Positions 14,541 to 28,377 of a stretch of 64,000 nucleotides of DNA are shown in pieces. How positions within the stretch are numbered: position 1 is the stretch's first letter; each line of letters begins with the position of its first letter. The notes below the pieces were generated by a model, which was not told where the DNA came from, searched no databases, and saw nothing but the letters and a program-made list of their open reading frames with translations. The position numbers and the translations under genes are program-made. Source of the stretch: Eledone cirrhosa (Eukaryota); contig OZ024748.1 of the NCBI GenBank assembly GCA_964016885.1, positions 52,514,001 through 52,578,000 on the forward strand, written 5' to 3'.

Positions 14541-14740
14541 NNNNNNNNNNNNNNNNNNNNNNNNNNNNNNNNNNNNNNNNNNNNNNNNNNNNNNNNNNNN
14601 NNNNNNNNNNNNNNNNNNNNNNNNNNNNNNNNNNNNNNNNNNNNNNNNNNNNNNNNNNNNNNNNNNNNNNNNNNNNNNNNNNNNNNNNNNNNNNNNNNNN
14701 NNNNNNNNNNNNNNNNNNNNNNNNNNNNNNNNNNNNNNNN
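14541..14740. other. Assembly gap (200 N)
   Basis: Run of N. Confidence 1.
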
Positions 14741-16045
14741 CCACCACCACCACCATCACAACCAATAATATCACCACCACCACCACCACTATCACAACCA
14801 ATAATATCACCACCACCACCACCATCACAACCAGTAATATCACCACCACCACCACCATCACAACCAGTAATATCACCACCACCACCACCATCACAACCAG
14901 TAATATCACCACCACCATCACAACCAGTAATATCACCACCACCACCACCATCACAACCAGTAATATCACCACCACCACCATCACAACCAGTAATATCACC
15001 ACCACCACCACCATCACAACCAGTAATATCACCACCACCATCACAACCAATAATATCACCACCACCACACCATCACAACCAGTAATATCACCACCACTCA
15101 ACACAACCAGTAATATCACCACCACCATCACAACCAGTAATATCACCACCACCACCACCATCACAACCAGTAATATCACCACCACCACCACCATCACAAC
15201 CAATAATATCACCACCACCACCACCATCACAACCAATAATATCACCACCACCACCACCATCACAACCAATAATATCACCACCACCACCACTATCACAACC
15301 AATAATATCACCACCACCACCACTATCACAACCAGTAATATCACCACCACCACCACCATCACAACCAATAATATCACCACCACCACCACTATCACAACCA
15401 GTAATATCACCACCACCACCACCATCACAACCAGTAATATCACCACCACCATCACAACCAGTAATATCACCACCACCATCACAACCAGTAATATCACCAC
15501 CACCACCACCATCACAACCAGTAATATCACCACCACCATCACAACCAGTAATATCACCACCACCATCACAACCAGTAATATCACCACCACCATCACAACC
15601 AGTAATATCACCACCACCATCACAACCAGTAATATCACCACCACTAACACAACCAGTAATATCATCACCATCACAACCAGTAATATCACCACCACCATCA
15701 CAACCAGTAATATCACCACCACCATCACAACCAGTAATATCACCACCACTAACACAACCAGTAATATCATCACCACCATCACAACCAGTAATATCACCAC
15801 CACCATCACAACCAGTAATATCACCACCACTAACACAACCAGTAATATCATCACCATCACAACCAGTAATATCACCACCACCATCACAACCAGTAATATC
15901 ACCACCACCATCACAACCAGTAATATCACCACCACTAACACAACCAGTAATATCATCACCACCATCACAACCAGTAATATCACCACCACTAACACAACCA
16001 GTAATGTCACCACCACCATTACAACCAGTAATATCATCACCACTT
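14741..16045. repeat. 21-30-bp minisatellite ATCACAACCAGTAATATC(ACC)n
   Basis: Constant core with a variable number of ACC. Confidence 0.95.
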
Positions 16046-16165
16046 CTTCATTTCCTTCTTTCTCTCTCTCTCCCACCTCCCCCTCTCTCTCTCCATCCCT
16101 CCTTCTTCCCCCTCTCTATCTCTGGAAGAAGAAGGAATTGGCTATGACCCATCCTGGAGGAGGAG

Positions 16166-16860
16166 GTGCTCTGCCAGGTTTAAAGTCTCAAGACATCTTG
16201 TATATCACAGTGAGGGGAAGGGTGGTGCTCTGCTGGGTTTAAAGGCTCAAGACATCTTGTATATCACAGTGAGGGGAAGGGTGGTGCTCTGCTGGGTTTA
16301 AAGGCTCAAGACATCTTGTATATCACAGTGAGGGGGAGGGTGGTGCTCTGCTGGGTTTAAAGGCTCAAGACATCTTGTATATCACAGTAAGGGGAAGGGT
16401 GGTGCTCTGCTGGGTTTAAAGGCTCAAGACATCTTGTATACCACAGTGAGGGGGAGGGTGGTGCTCTGCTGGGTTTAAAGGCTCAAGACATCTTGTATAT
16501 CACAGTGAGGGGAAGGGTGGTGCTCTGCTGGGTTTAAAGGCTCAAGACATCTTGTATATCACAGTGAGGGGGAGGGTGGTGCTCTGCTGGGTTTAAAGGC
16601 TCAAGACATCTTGTATATCACAGTAAGGGGAAGGGTGGTGCTCTGCTGGGTTTAAAGGCTCAAGACATCTTGTATATCACAGTGAGGGGAAGGGTGGTGC
16701 TCTGCTGGGTTTAAAGGCTCAAGACATCTTGTATATCACAGTGAGGGGAAGGGTGATGCTCTGCTGGGTTTAAAGGCTCAAGACATCTTGTATATCACAG
16801 GAGGGGAAGGGTGGTGCTCTGCTGGGTTTAAAGTCTCAAGACATCTTGTATATCACAGTG
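16166..16860. repeat. 59-bp minisatellite, about 12 copies
   Basis: GTGCTCTGCTGGGTTTAAAGGCTCAAGACATCTTGTATATCACAGTGAGGGGAAGGGTG, highly homogeneous. Confidence 0.95.
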
Positions 16861-18555
16861 ATGATCCTACATCACATCAGGAGTTTAAGCCACTTGGATA
16901 AATGAGTAGTGTTTCCATTTTAAATGCCTGAACCATTCCCTAGTGTTTGAAGCATTGCAGTGTGTTTAGTTGTGTGTGTGTGAGTCTGTGATGAGTGTGT
17001 GTAGTGTCTGGGTGTGTATGTGAAATATGTGTATTGTGATGTATATGGTGTGTGTATTCTATTAAGGTCATGTACTTCATTAGTAAGACATTCCTCAAAA
17101 GTACAAAACAACACTATAACTGATTGACATTAGATATTAGAGTTTTTATACTAATTTACTACAAATGTTCGCCATGATCTGTTCACTAGTAAAGATACTA
17201 TATACAAACTATATAATATGACAGTTGCAGCTTGATAATGTCTGTCTTGAAAGCTGGTTCAGTCCAGTTATGTATGCTGAGTTTAGGAAGGTGGATGCTC
17301 TGGGTTTGGTTTGCCGAATTTGGAAGTTAGTGAGGTTTAGTTTAGCAGCAGTTATGAGTACAGGTTGGCATTTGATTTAGGATTTTTGCTGAGGGTTATG
17401 GGACTGATTGAAACAATAATAGTCCCACCCTTACAAGCAGGGAAAAGCGGATGTAAAATGATGATGATGGTGATGATGGCGATATATATTTGAATTAACA
17501 GTCTTGTTTTTAGACATGATTTACTAAATCATTACAAAATGTTAAGAGTTAAGTAACAAACATTATCAATAAATTTTTTTTTTTTTCTAATCAGTCATTT
17601 TCCCAATCTCCGTTGCAGTAATTAGAAGTATAAATTAATCTTATTTTTTATCTTTTTTTTTTCTAGATCAAAGTAAATCTAAAAAGAACTAATTTGAGAA
17701 AAGGCCCATAGCCTATGACCTTTCCCTTGAGAAAATATGCCCTCCTCCCCCATCAACGCTAAATTTTGGTTAACTAAGTACAAAATGGTGGCCTACAACT
17801 TGGATTATACATTCATTTATATATATATATATAAGGGTGGTGCCCCAGCATGGCCTCAGCCGGATGGCTGGAACAGGAAAAAGAGTAAAAGAATAATATA
17901 TATATATATATATACACAAATAGAAAGCTGGAATGGAAGTCCTACATCAGTTTAATACTTAACACATGTTTCAAGTGGGATATAATTATTACACACTTAC
18001 AAATAGGATCTTACAAGTAACTTGTGTGAGTAAAACAAAAAGAAAAAAGCATATAACAGAAATATTTTTTATAGTCACCATCCACTGAAGTAGAAAACTT
18101 TACAAATACTGACTAAAGTCTGTATGTGTATGTATGTGTATATATATATAGAGAGAGAGGTAGAACACTGGAAGGTAATATCCGTAGTGGTAGAGCACTC
18201 AGTCCATGGAACGAGTTAGGTAGAAGTGGTAACACAACAGTTAGTTCACCATATCGAGAACAATTGTTTCACCTTAGCGGATCTTCAGCTCGTAATGGAC
18301 ATGGTTATACGGAACAGGAAGGATAACCGTATAAACGAGCATGCAGAGGAACGGTCACTTCACCCGGGCAATACAAATCTGTGTGCGAGAGGTGTAAGGG
18401 ATATAACTGCGAAAGTCAGAAAGTTTCTAGTTGATAAGAAAAGTAGGATGTTCTTGTTATATATGTATGTAAAAGGTAAACAGAAATAACAACACAATCA
18501 GTACAGTATATGGAAGGAATATATTAGGTTAATGCTTGAAATAGCAGGAAGAGGG

Positions 18556-18591
18556 TCTTAACGTTTTGGACGCTAGTCCTTCATCAGAAGA
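18556..18591 (-). ncRNA. Degenerate minimal hammerhead motif (GAAA changed to AAAA)
   Basis: Minus strand: TCTT-CTGATGA-A-GGAC TAGC GTCC-AAAA-CGTT-AAGA; palindromic AACGTT stem III. Confidence 0.55.
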
Positions 18592-18761
18592 AAGAATGAG
18601 GAATTAGATAGATTGGAGGGCGGGGTGGAATTGGAAAAAATGTTTTTATATAAAAATAACAGGTCCATTCATGTTGACGTTTTTGTGTTAATATTTTGTA
18701 TATATAAAATATATATATATTTAATGTGTACATATATACAAACATATACACATACATACGT

Positions 18762-19104
18762 GGAGGCACATGGCTTAGTGGTTAGAGCATTGGCCTTGCA
18801 ATCGAAAGGTTGTGAGTTCAATTCTCAGACCGGATGATGTGTTGTTTCCTTGAGCAAGACACTTTATTTCACATTGCTCCAGTTTACTCAGCTGTAGAAA
18901 TGAGATGATGGGGTCTGGGGTCCCTATCATTCCACTCCAAAGCGGTCGTGGAGGTGCCACGGCAAAAAAGCACCCAGCACTCACTGTAAATGAGGTTGGT
19001 GTTAGGAAGGGCATCCAGCTGTAGAAATCAAGCCAGAATCAGTTCCCGTCCCACCCTTGCAAGCAGGGAAGAGTGGATGTAAAAATGATGATGATGATGA
19101 TGAT
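18762..19104 (+). mobile_element. tRNA-derived CORE-type SINE, tail type A
   Basis: Near-identical to 8268-8603 and 55651-55998. Confidence 0.9.
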
Positions 19105-19459
19105 ACAATCATCATCATTAATGGATATTAAATGATGATGTATGTATATAGTTGGACCACAGAGATGACAGTCACCCTAGTGTCCGTGATGTACAAGATG
19201 TGCACTCAGTACACTCTGTAAAGCTGAAAATGAATGGCATCCAATCAGAAAATATGCCAAACAAATGTTGAGAGGATTCATTAGCTATGTCAAGAACATG
19301 AAACTTCCCTAGTGCTGATGCCTTAATAAAATATACTCAGTAGAGTGTGGATTCATATGTCTATCTCCCAGCCCATCTGGAGGTCTGTGGCTCTGCTTGA
19401 GTACTGACCAGTCTGTGATGACCCATCCAGCCCTTCATAGCAGGGAAAATAAACGTTAA

Positions 19460-19668
19460 TACTTTAGAGATTTACATTACTCTATATTTACTATTGCATT
19501 TTTGCGGTAAAGGCTTTATCTCACATAATATTGAATCTATGAGATTTTAATATTATTTATTTTGAGAACAATAGCTTAACATCAGTATGAGTGGCCAGTT
19601 ACAGCTGGTTTGAACAGAAAGAGGTGAGAGAATTCTGGCTGGATATGGACAGTTTAAATACTAAAGAG
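19460..19668. mobile_element. piggyBac-like MITE flanked by TTAA
   Basis: TTAA..CTTTAG / CTAAAGAG..TTAA ends; homologous to 52541-52744. Confidence 0.55.
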
Positions 19669-19672
19669 TTAA

Positions 19673-20012
19673 ACTGGGTATAAGAGGAATGAGATGTGGT
19701 GAGCAAGAAAGAAGACTGACTCCATACAGAGTAGCATGGAGGGTGAGTAAAGAAGAACAAAGAGATGAAAATCGTAGAAGAGGAAGACCAAAGAAGACAT
19801 GGGAAGAAGTGGTGAATGCTGATCTCAAGAATTTGAACATCATGAAGGAGATGACAAAAAACAAAAATTAAAAAAAAAAAATTAAAAAATTAAAAATTAA
19901 AAAAAATATATATTTTGTGATTTTTTAAAAAAGTATTGAGATGCTGTGATGGAGAAGTCCTGTCAAATATATGCAAGAATGGAAAAAAATAAATGTACAT
20001 ATGATGATGATG
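19673..20012 (+). mobile_element. RTE LINE 3' fragment, decayed
   Basis: QERRL..GRPKKTWEEVVNADL; (TGA)n tail. Confidence 0.75.
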
Positions 20013-20458
20013 ATATATACATCCATGTACATACACACGCACATATATACACATATATACACATAAACTCCTGAAATTAGACAGACATAGATACACACAC
20101 AGAGAGACAAACATTGATAATCTAAATCTTTTATGATCATTAAAATCTTCAATGCTACAATGTTTTTTCTTCTAATAATATACTATATTTTCTGTTTGAT
20201 ATATTTTTAAATTTTTAAATTAATTTATTCCATAATTTTATTTATTTCTATTAGAGGTTTTTTTTTATTTTCCTAGTCTGTGTGTCTGTGTGTATATGTA
20301 TGTATATGTATGTATGTATGTGTATCTGTGTGTATGTATATATATATATATGTGTGTGTATATGTATGTATATGTGTGTATATATATATATATATGTATA
20401 TGTGTGTATCTGTGTATATATATATGTGTGAATATGTATATGTGTGTGTGTGTGTGTG

Positions 20459-20493
<35 letters not shown>

Positions 20494-20559
20494 TGTTTGT
20501 CGTTCTTCACAATTTAATTCAAGAAACAATCAGCAATCACTTAAACTGTCAAAAAACAC

Positions 20560-21120
20560 ATGCAGCAGCTCAACCAATCTTTATTGCTGTTGTTGTTGCA
20601 CAAGTTGCAGCAGCTCAACCAATCTTTGCTGTTGTTGTTGCACAAGTTGCAGCAGCTCAATCAATCTTTGTTGTTGTTGTTGCACAAGTTGCAGCAGCTC
20701 AATCAATCTTTGTTATTGTTGTTGCTGCACAAGTCGCAGCAGCTCAACCAATCTTTGTTGTTGTTGTTGTTGCACAAATTGCAGCAGCTCAACCAATCTT
20801 TGTTGTTGTTGTTGTTGCACAAGTTGCAGCAGCTCAACCAATCTTTGTTGTTGTTGCACAAGTTGCAGCAGCTCAATCAATCTTTGTTGTTGTTGATGTT
20901 GTTGTTGCACAAGTTGCAGCAGCTCAATCAATCTTTGTTGTTGTTGATGTTGTTGTTGCACAAGTTGCAGCAGCTCAATCAATCTTTATTGTTGTTGTTG
21001 CACAAGTTACAGCCAGCAGCTCAACCAATCTTTATTGTTGTTGTTGCACAAGTTGCAACTGTTAAGCTGCACATTATTATGTTGCACAAGTTGCAACTGT
21101 TAAGCTGCACATCTTATGTG
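20560..21120. repeat. About 39-54-bp minisatellite with a variable (GTT)n
   Basis: GCACAAGTTGCAGCAGCTCAA(C/T)CAATCTTT(GTT)n units. Confidence 0.9.
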
Positions 21121-21224
21121 CAACTGTAAGAAAACATTTAACTGCAACAACAGTGAATGAGATGAAAGGGTGAAGATAGGGTGAAAAAAATAAAGAGGGG
21201 TGGTGGCAAGCAGGTGGCAGAGAT

Positions 21225-22810
21225 TGTGTGTGTACAGATGGTGTATGTGTGTGTGTGAACAGATGGCGTGTGTGTGTGTGAACAGATGGCGTGTGTGTGT
21301 ACAGATGGCGTGTGTGTGTGTACAGATGTGTGTGTATGTGTGTACAGATGGCGTGTGTGTGTGTGTATGTTTGTGTGTGTGTGTACAGATGAGGTGTGTG
21401 TGTGTACAGATGAGGTGTGTGCAGATAATGTGTGTGTGTACAGATAACTTGTGTGTATAAGGGTGTGTAGGGGAGTGTGTGATTGGGTGTTTGTGTGTGT
21501 GTGTTAATGTGTAGATATGGGTATGTGTGTGTTTGTGTGTTGTGTGTTAATGTGTAAATATGGGTATGTGTGTGTATGTGTGTTGTGTGTTAATGTGTAG
21601 ATATGGGTATGTGTGTGTTAATGTGTAGATATGGGTATGTGTGAATGAGTGTGTGTGTGTGTGTTAACAGATGTGCTTGTATATTTATGTACAGATATGT
21701 GTGTGTAAAGGTGGGTGAAGAAGTGTGTGATTGGATTGTTTGTGTGTGTATGTAAACAAATATGTGTGTGTGTGGGAGTGTTAATATGTGTTAGTGTGTA
21801 TATGGGTAGGTAGGGGAGTGTGTGATTTGGTGGTTGTGTGTGTGTTTGTGTGTGGATATTGGTGTGTATGTGTGTATAGAGGGTGGTTATGTGTGTGTTG
21901 GAGTGTGAAAGTGTGTATATATGGGTATGTATGAGCATGTGTATATGAGTATTGTGTGTTTGTATGTGCATATGAATATATGGGTATGTGTATGTATACG
22001 TGCATGTGTGTGCATATGTGTGAATGCATGTTTATGTCTGTCTGTGTGAGGGTGTGTATGTGTGAGCAGAACTTGGCCCAAAGGTAAGTAGTTAAGGAGT
22101 GAAAGATGGTGGCACCAGTTGTCGTGAAGGTGGTGATGTCATTGTTAATGATGATGTCACTCATATTGATGATGGTGATGAAGATGGTGGAGGTGATGGT
22201 TATGATTGTAGTAGCTGTGGGGCGGGGGGCGGGGGTAGTGATAGAAGCAAGTGGTAGTGGTGGGGATGGTGATGGTTTTCATGATGGTGGAGGTGGAGGT
22301 GGTGGTGGTGGTTATGACAGTAGTGGTAGTGGTGGTGATGGTGATAGTTGTCATGATGGTGTAGGTGGTGGTGGTGGTGGTTTCCGACTGTAGTGGGAGT
22401 GGTGGTGATGGTGATAGTTGTCATGATGGTAGAGGTGGTGGTGGTAGTGGTAGTGGTGGTGGTTACAACTGTAGTGGTGGTAATGGTGATGGTGATAGTT
22501 GTTATGACGGTGGAGGTGGTGGTGGTGGTTATGACTGTAGTGGTAGTGGTGGTGGTGGTGATGGTGATAGTTGTCATGATGGTGGAGGTGGTGGCGGTGG
22601 TGGTGGTTTACGACTGTAGCGGTGGTGGTAGAGATGGGGATAGTTGTCATGATGGTGGAGATGGCGGCGGCGACGGCGGTGGTGGTGGTGGTTTACGAAC
22701 TGTAGTGGTAGTGGTAGTGGCGGGGATGGTGATAGCCACGGTGGATGTGTGTGTGTGAGTGTGTGTGTGTGTGAGAGTGTGTGTGTGTGAGAGTGTGGGG
22801 TGTGTGTGAA
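21225..22810. repeat. (TG)n then (GGT)n compound repeats
   Basis: Low complexity; about 60-bp degenerate units at 22250-22720. Confidence 0.9.
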
Positions 22811-23518
22811 GGAGGGCAGATAGGTGGGAGTGGTAAATCAATTTCAAAGAATTGTCGAAAACTGAGTTAGACAGAATGAGTAAAGGGATTATGAAGAACT
22901 ATGACAGAATAATCTTCAAACATGAATGGAGTTAATAAAAGTACTTCAATGGCTTTGAAATGGCACTCAAAGCCTCATTAATCCATAATCCTTTCTAATC
23001 CCTTGAAATAAACATCAGCTTATTGTACCATCAATGCATATGCACATGATACCACATCGTTCTGCTCGGCTAGTTACATTAGACCTTCTATAACAACTCT
23101 ACACTGCTCTCTAACAATAATTTATGTCGTTGCTCATTGCTTCCCATTTATTAAATGAATATCCCATGTTTGGTGTATAAACTAAAAACGAAAATAAAAT
23201 TATAAATATAAATATATATACATACACATATATATATATATATGTATGTGTATGTATGTATGTATGTATGTATGTATGTATGTATGTATGTATGTATGTA
23301 GATGTATATATAAATATATCTATGAATGTAGATGTGTCTGTGTGTGTGTGTATGTATATATATATATATTTATATATATGTATATATATACATGTGTATA
23401 TATATATTTATATATATGTATATATATATATGTTTATATATATATTTATATATATGTATATATATATATGTGTATATATACATATATATGTATATATATA
23501 TTTATATATATATATGTG

Positions 23519-23551
<33 letters not shown>

Positions 23552-23562
23552 GTGTATATATA

Positions 23563-23601
<39 letters not shown>

Positions 23602-23898
23602 TCATCACACACATATATATAAGTAAAAAACAAACCGAAAGCAAATTTGCACAACGTTACTGCTAAGCTACTTCTTATCTCATCGTTGGAAATAATAGGA
23701 TATCTTAATGAGATATCTAACTCTTAGAATTCCCATCCAATATCATTCCTCCCCAACCAAACAGCAATTTCGATATTTGAATTTATTTCTTTTCACCATT
23801 CGTTTCACTACAGTTACTTTTGTTTTGATTTCTTATTTTTCATTACATTCAGTTTAAGCTTTGGTTGAATAATGGAAAACAAGGAATATATATGTATG

Positions 23899-23965
<67 letters not shown>

Positions 23966-24639
23966 TTATATATTATATAAATGATATATTGATACTCACA
24001 ACTATATATATATATATATATATATACAACTATACACATATATATAAACACACACATACGTACATATATATCCATATATATATATATATATATATATCTA
24101 CATATACTTAGATATAATTACACACACGGACATACATGCAGACAGAGACATATACACGTGGACACACACACACATATATATATATAAAGCGATAAATGAA
24201 TTTCATTTGATGTTGACACCAAGGAAGCAAGGGATACAGAACAAATGTTGACTTTGCAATGTCATTTATAATCCAGTTAAGGAAGTTTGTATTAGAAGAG
24301 AATGATGCCACTATGAAGCAACTTTACACCAGCCGACCAAACTAATAATCAAACAAAAATGACAGATATTTACCATGAGAAATATTTCTGAGTTATCTGA
24401 CATAAGTGATTGATTGATTAAATATATTATAAGATAGATTTGATAAGATGTTCGCCTTTCACAAAAGCTGAGTAAGTAGGATGATGCTTACTGTTTCTTC
24501 AACATTCCATCTAATAAAGCAGGCCAAATTTGTTACTTCCTAAGAGGTAAGTGGCAAATCAGGAGGTGCAGTAGTGCAGTAGTAATGTTGTAAAGTTGTT
24601 AGATTCCTGGTTCATATGTTAATGGTTTCATTCATAAGT

Positions 24640-25050
24640 TAATGGTTCTTCTTTGTCCATTTATTCCTGGGAGGGCCGTAGGAGCAAAGTCCTCAAAAAA
24701 TCCTTCCAGGGGTCGTCAGAAAGAAAAACAACCATCTCTAATTCATCTGGCTTGATCCCCCAAGCAAAGCTAGACAATCTCAAGGATGTTATATAACCCA
24801 CTGGCTCAGGGTTTAATCCTGGGTCTCCTGCCAGTTGGTTTTGCTCGTAAAATATGTCCAGCAATTCTTCTTTGAAACAATGTAACCCCATACTCATAGT
24901 ATCGGAGCTGTGACCCCTCAATGTAGAGAAGTAGTGGCTCTACATGGAGTGTCTCTCTGATATCTGAGCTATGTAATGTGTCAACTAATATTACTCATAA
25001 GACTCTTCGGAGGAACCCCATTTCTCTACCAGAACAGCTCGGTTGAGAAA
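24640..25050 (-). mobile_element. RTE (Rex3/Expander-like) LINE 3' fragment
   Basis: Reverse-complement homology to 49880-50260; VEPLL..SQLRYY-type motif. Confidence 0.7.
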
Positions 25051-26881
25051 AGTTAATGGTTTGCTAGAGGAATTGTTAAGTTTTCATATGCTCCCTACTT
25101 TATTTATTATTAGAGAACCAAATTAGGAAATGTATATTGTTCTGACTCTGTAAGAAAATTATTGGTTTAATTGTGATTATCTGAATACAGAATAAAACGC
25201 ATTCACCAAAAAACAGGTCAAATATTCAATTTTTTTAGATTTGTGTAATTTATGTCCTGCAGTCATCTACCTATCTGAAAATAATGACTATATAATTGAA
25301 GAATAATATTTAAAGACATTATGCATTATTTTAATTTTGAAATACATATTTTATTTTATATTTTCCAAGCTCCAAATATATATTTATCATTCTTATAGAA
25401 AGTCATTAATCTCAAATTTAAAAGAAAAAATTATCAACATAAAATTTGATTTTATCACAGAAAAGGCAGATTCTTAAAGAAATTCAAAAACTGATTGTCA
25501 GACACATAATGAAATTCTCTTATGTTTCCTTTCCTTTTTTAAAGTCAAAACACAAATCAAAATAATTGGTAATCTAAGCTAATGTGATGGCCTATACATG
25601 ATTGCTTCGCCTACAGGAAATAGCAACCAAATCTCCTCTTAAATTCCACCCTACAGTTATAAAATAGAGAAACAGGATTATTAGAAAATAGGATGGCCAT
25701 AGCTTGAATGTATTTGACCATAGGTTAGCTTGATCAGAGCTGAGCTGGACTAAGGATAAAGATCTTATAACTCCTTGTTGAGCTGTAGAGGCACCATCAT
25801 ACGGTGTGTCTAAGGTACTTTTAAGCCTGGTGGAGCCCAACTCTCTCCAGGTCTGAACACAGCCAATTTTTTTCTATAGAGGAAGAATCGACCCTAGTAC
25901 TGGACTGGTACTTTTTTTTATCGACATTGAAAGGATGAAAGGCAAAGTTGACCTTGGCAGGATTTGAATTCAGAGGGTGCAAGGAGATGGGATGAATACC
26001 GTAAAGCATTCTATCTGACGTCTTAATGACTCTGCCAATTCACTGCTTACTCTGGGTAGAGTTCATTAAATCTACTCCTAATGCTTAGCTGGTATGACTT
26101 ACCCTAGTTTAGCTTGATCAGGGCTGAGCTTGACTAAATAATAACAATACTAAATACCCAAATTTGCAGTGACACGTGGGGCGGGTAGGTATAGTTCATA
26201 AAATCATCTCCCAATACTTGGCTGGCATGTATTTTATCAATGCCAGAGGAATAATAAAAAATCAAGTTGACCTGAACTGGATAATTTGACATGAGAACAT
26301 AAAGCTATGTAACTAAATACTTTGTTATTTATTATGATGTACTACTTGAGTTTCTCTATCTTGACTAACCTTACAAACTTTTTCGATATAATCCCAACAG
26401 ATTGCAGATATTCAGTATCAAATATTCTTTTACTGGTTTCAGTCATTAGACTATGGCCATGGTGGAGCATTGCCTTCAAGGGATTTAGCTGGTTCCATAC
26501 ACTCCATTAATTTTATGTGTTCTGACTTTATTGATTTCAATATAACGAAATGCAAAATCAAACCAGAGTTTGCTCTTTCTTTACTGTATTTCTGATTAAA
26601 GATACTGTATATGATATTCAAATAATATTGAATCTAAGCAGTTTTGTATCACAGATCCAGGGGTAGTTTCAGGAAGTTTAATATCAAAAAGGTTTAAAGG
26701 GTCATAACAAAAAGATAAAATTGTGTAACTAAATACTTAAACCCTTTTTTATTAGATATTCTAGTACCTGTTCTGCCACACTTTTCCAACACACACACAT
26801 ATAGTAGTAATAATAAATACAAAGACCAAAATCCAGTGAGGACTAGATAAGAGTTGTATGTGTATATATATATATATATAT

Positions 26882-27228
26882 ATCATCATCACCATTTTAC
26901 GTCCGTTCTTCAGTGTCCGGTCGGTTGACCTTGTCTTACTCATACAGGAACTGATTCTAGCTTGATTTCTACAGCAGGATGTCCTTCCTAACACCAACCT
27001 CATTTACAGTGAGTGCTGGGTGTTTTTTTCCATGGCACCTACATGTCCACTTTACAGTGGAATGATAGGGACCCCAGTCCCTATCAACTCATTTCTACAG
27101 CTGAGTAAACTGGAGCAATGTGAAATAAAGTGTCTTGCTCAAGGAAACAACACATCACCCAGTCTGAGAATTGAACTCACAACCTTTCGATTGCAAGCCC
27201 AATGCTCTAACCAATAAGCCATGCGCCT
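26882..27228 (-). mobile_element. tRNA-derived CORE-type SINE
   Basis: Reverse complement of the 3611/8268 family. Confidence 0.9.
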
Positions 27229-27382
27229 TTATATATATATATATATATAAACCTGTAGAGCAAATATTTATTATTAGCACAGATTAAATTTGCATCCATG
27301 GATTGATATTTGTCAGTTTCAGAAGATCCTGCCTTTGTGTGAAAACAGAAATTGTTTGCTTAATATTTTAATCTGTGCTAAT

Positions 27383-27431
<49 letters not shown>

Positions 27432-27433
<2 letters not shown>

Positions 27434-27780
27434 TCATCATCATCGTTTAACGTCTATCTTCCACACTAGCATGGGTTTAGATGGGAATTGTCCCATTTGA
27501 GGCAAGACTGGTCGGGTGACTGTGTCTCACTCGTATAGGACTGTCTAGCAGGTTTTCTACGGCTGGATGCCCTTCCTAACACCAACTACGTTTACAGTGT
27601 GGACTGGGAGGTTTTTACCATGTTACCTAAACGGCCACATTACAGCGTGAACTGTGTGTTATTTTGTCGTGACACATACACGACCTCATTTATTTTGGAC
27701 TGGATGTTGTGGTACCAACATAACTTTACAGAGAAAGGAGTGGTGTTGGTGGGAGTGGGAGGGTGGAGTAGGAGTAGTGG
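27432..27780 (-). mobile_element. SINE-like element with type-B tail and no visible tRNA head
   Basis: Highly similar to 40402-40738 and 56799-57138; shares its 3' half with SINE 3611. Confidence 0.75.
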
Positions 27781-27787
27781 GATGCAG

Positions 27788-27819
<32 letters not shown>

Positions 27820-28094
27820 ATTATTATATATATGTGTATATATATTTGAAGACCATCCAGCTGTAGAAACCAAACCAAAATACAGATCTGTATGAGCAAG
27901 ACATGGTCTCCAGACTTGACTTGTCTCATAAGGTGACAACCCATCTAATCCATGCAAGTATGGAAAAATAGACATTAAATGATAATAATGATGATGATAT
28001 ATATATATATATGGTATTAGGATTGGTGCTCTGAAATATATATATATATGTATACAATATTAATAAATGGAAACTATATTTATAAAACCATATT

Positions 28095-28159
28095 TATTTC
28101 ATTATACATATTTCAAGGACACCAAGTTAAATTATGGTGTGCTTTCATCAGATAAAATA
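28095..28159 (-). ncRNA. Minimal hammerhead ribozyme motif
   Basis: Mirror image of 28313-28377. Confidence 0.8.
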
Positions 28160-28312
28160 TAATATAGATCAGTTTTATAAATAAATATTGACATACCCTT
28201 AAAGAATGCAACCATTACTGTTGGAAGCTCCTCAACAGTAGGAGCTTCCAACAGTAATGGTTGCATTCTTTAAGGGTATGTCAATATTTATTTATAAAAC
28301 TGATCTATATTA

Positions 28313-28377
28313 TATTTTATCTGATGAAAGCACACCATAATTTAACTTGGTGTCCTTGAAATATGTATAATGAAATA
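28313..28377 (+). ncRNA. Minimal hammerhead ribozyme motif
   Basis: TATTTTAT-CTGATGA-AAGCACACCA(loop)TGGTGTCCTT-GAAA-TATGTATA-ATGAAATA. Confidence 0.8.

Noticed and set aside
12915-16242. Long Thr/Pro-rich mucin-like ORFs (433 aa, 669 aa)
   Set aside because: They are translations of (CAC)n repeats, open on both strands, and one spans an N gap; there is no independent gene evidence.
17955-18000. GAAACATGT half-hammerhead on the minus strand
   Set aside because: No CUGANGA core upstream of the putative stem II.
20560-21120. CRISPR-like constant repeat with variable spacers
   Set aside because: The spacers are only (GTT)n length variants; eukaryotic context with no cas genes.
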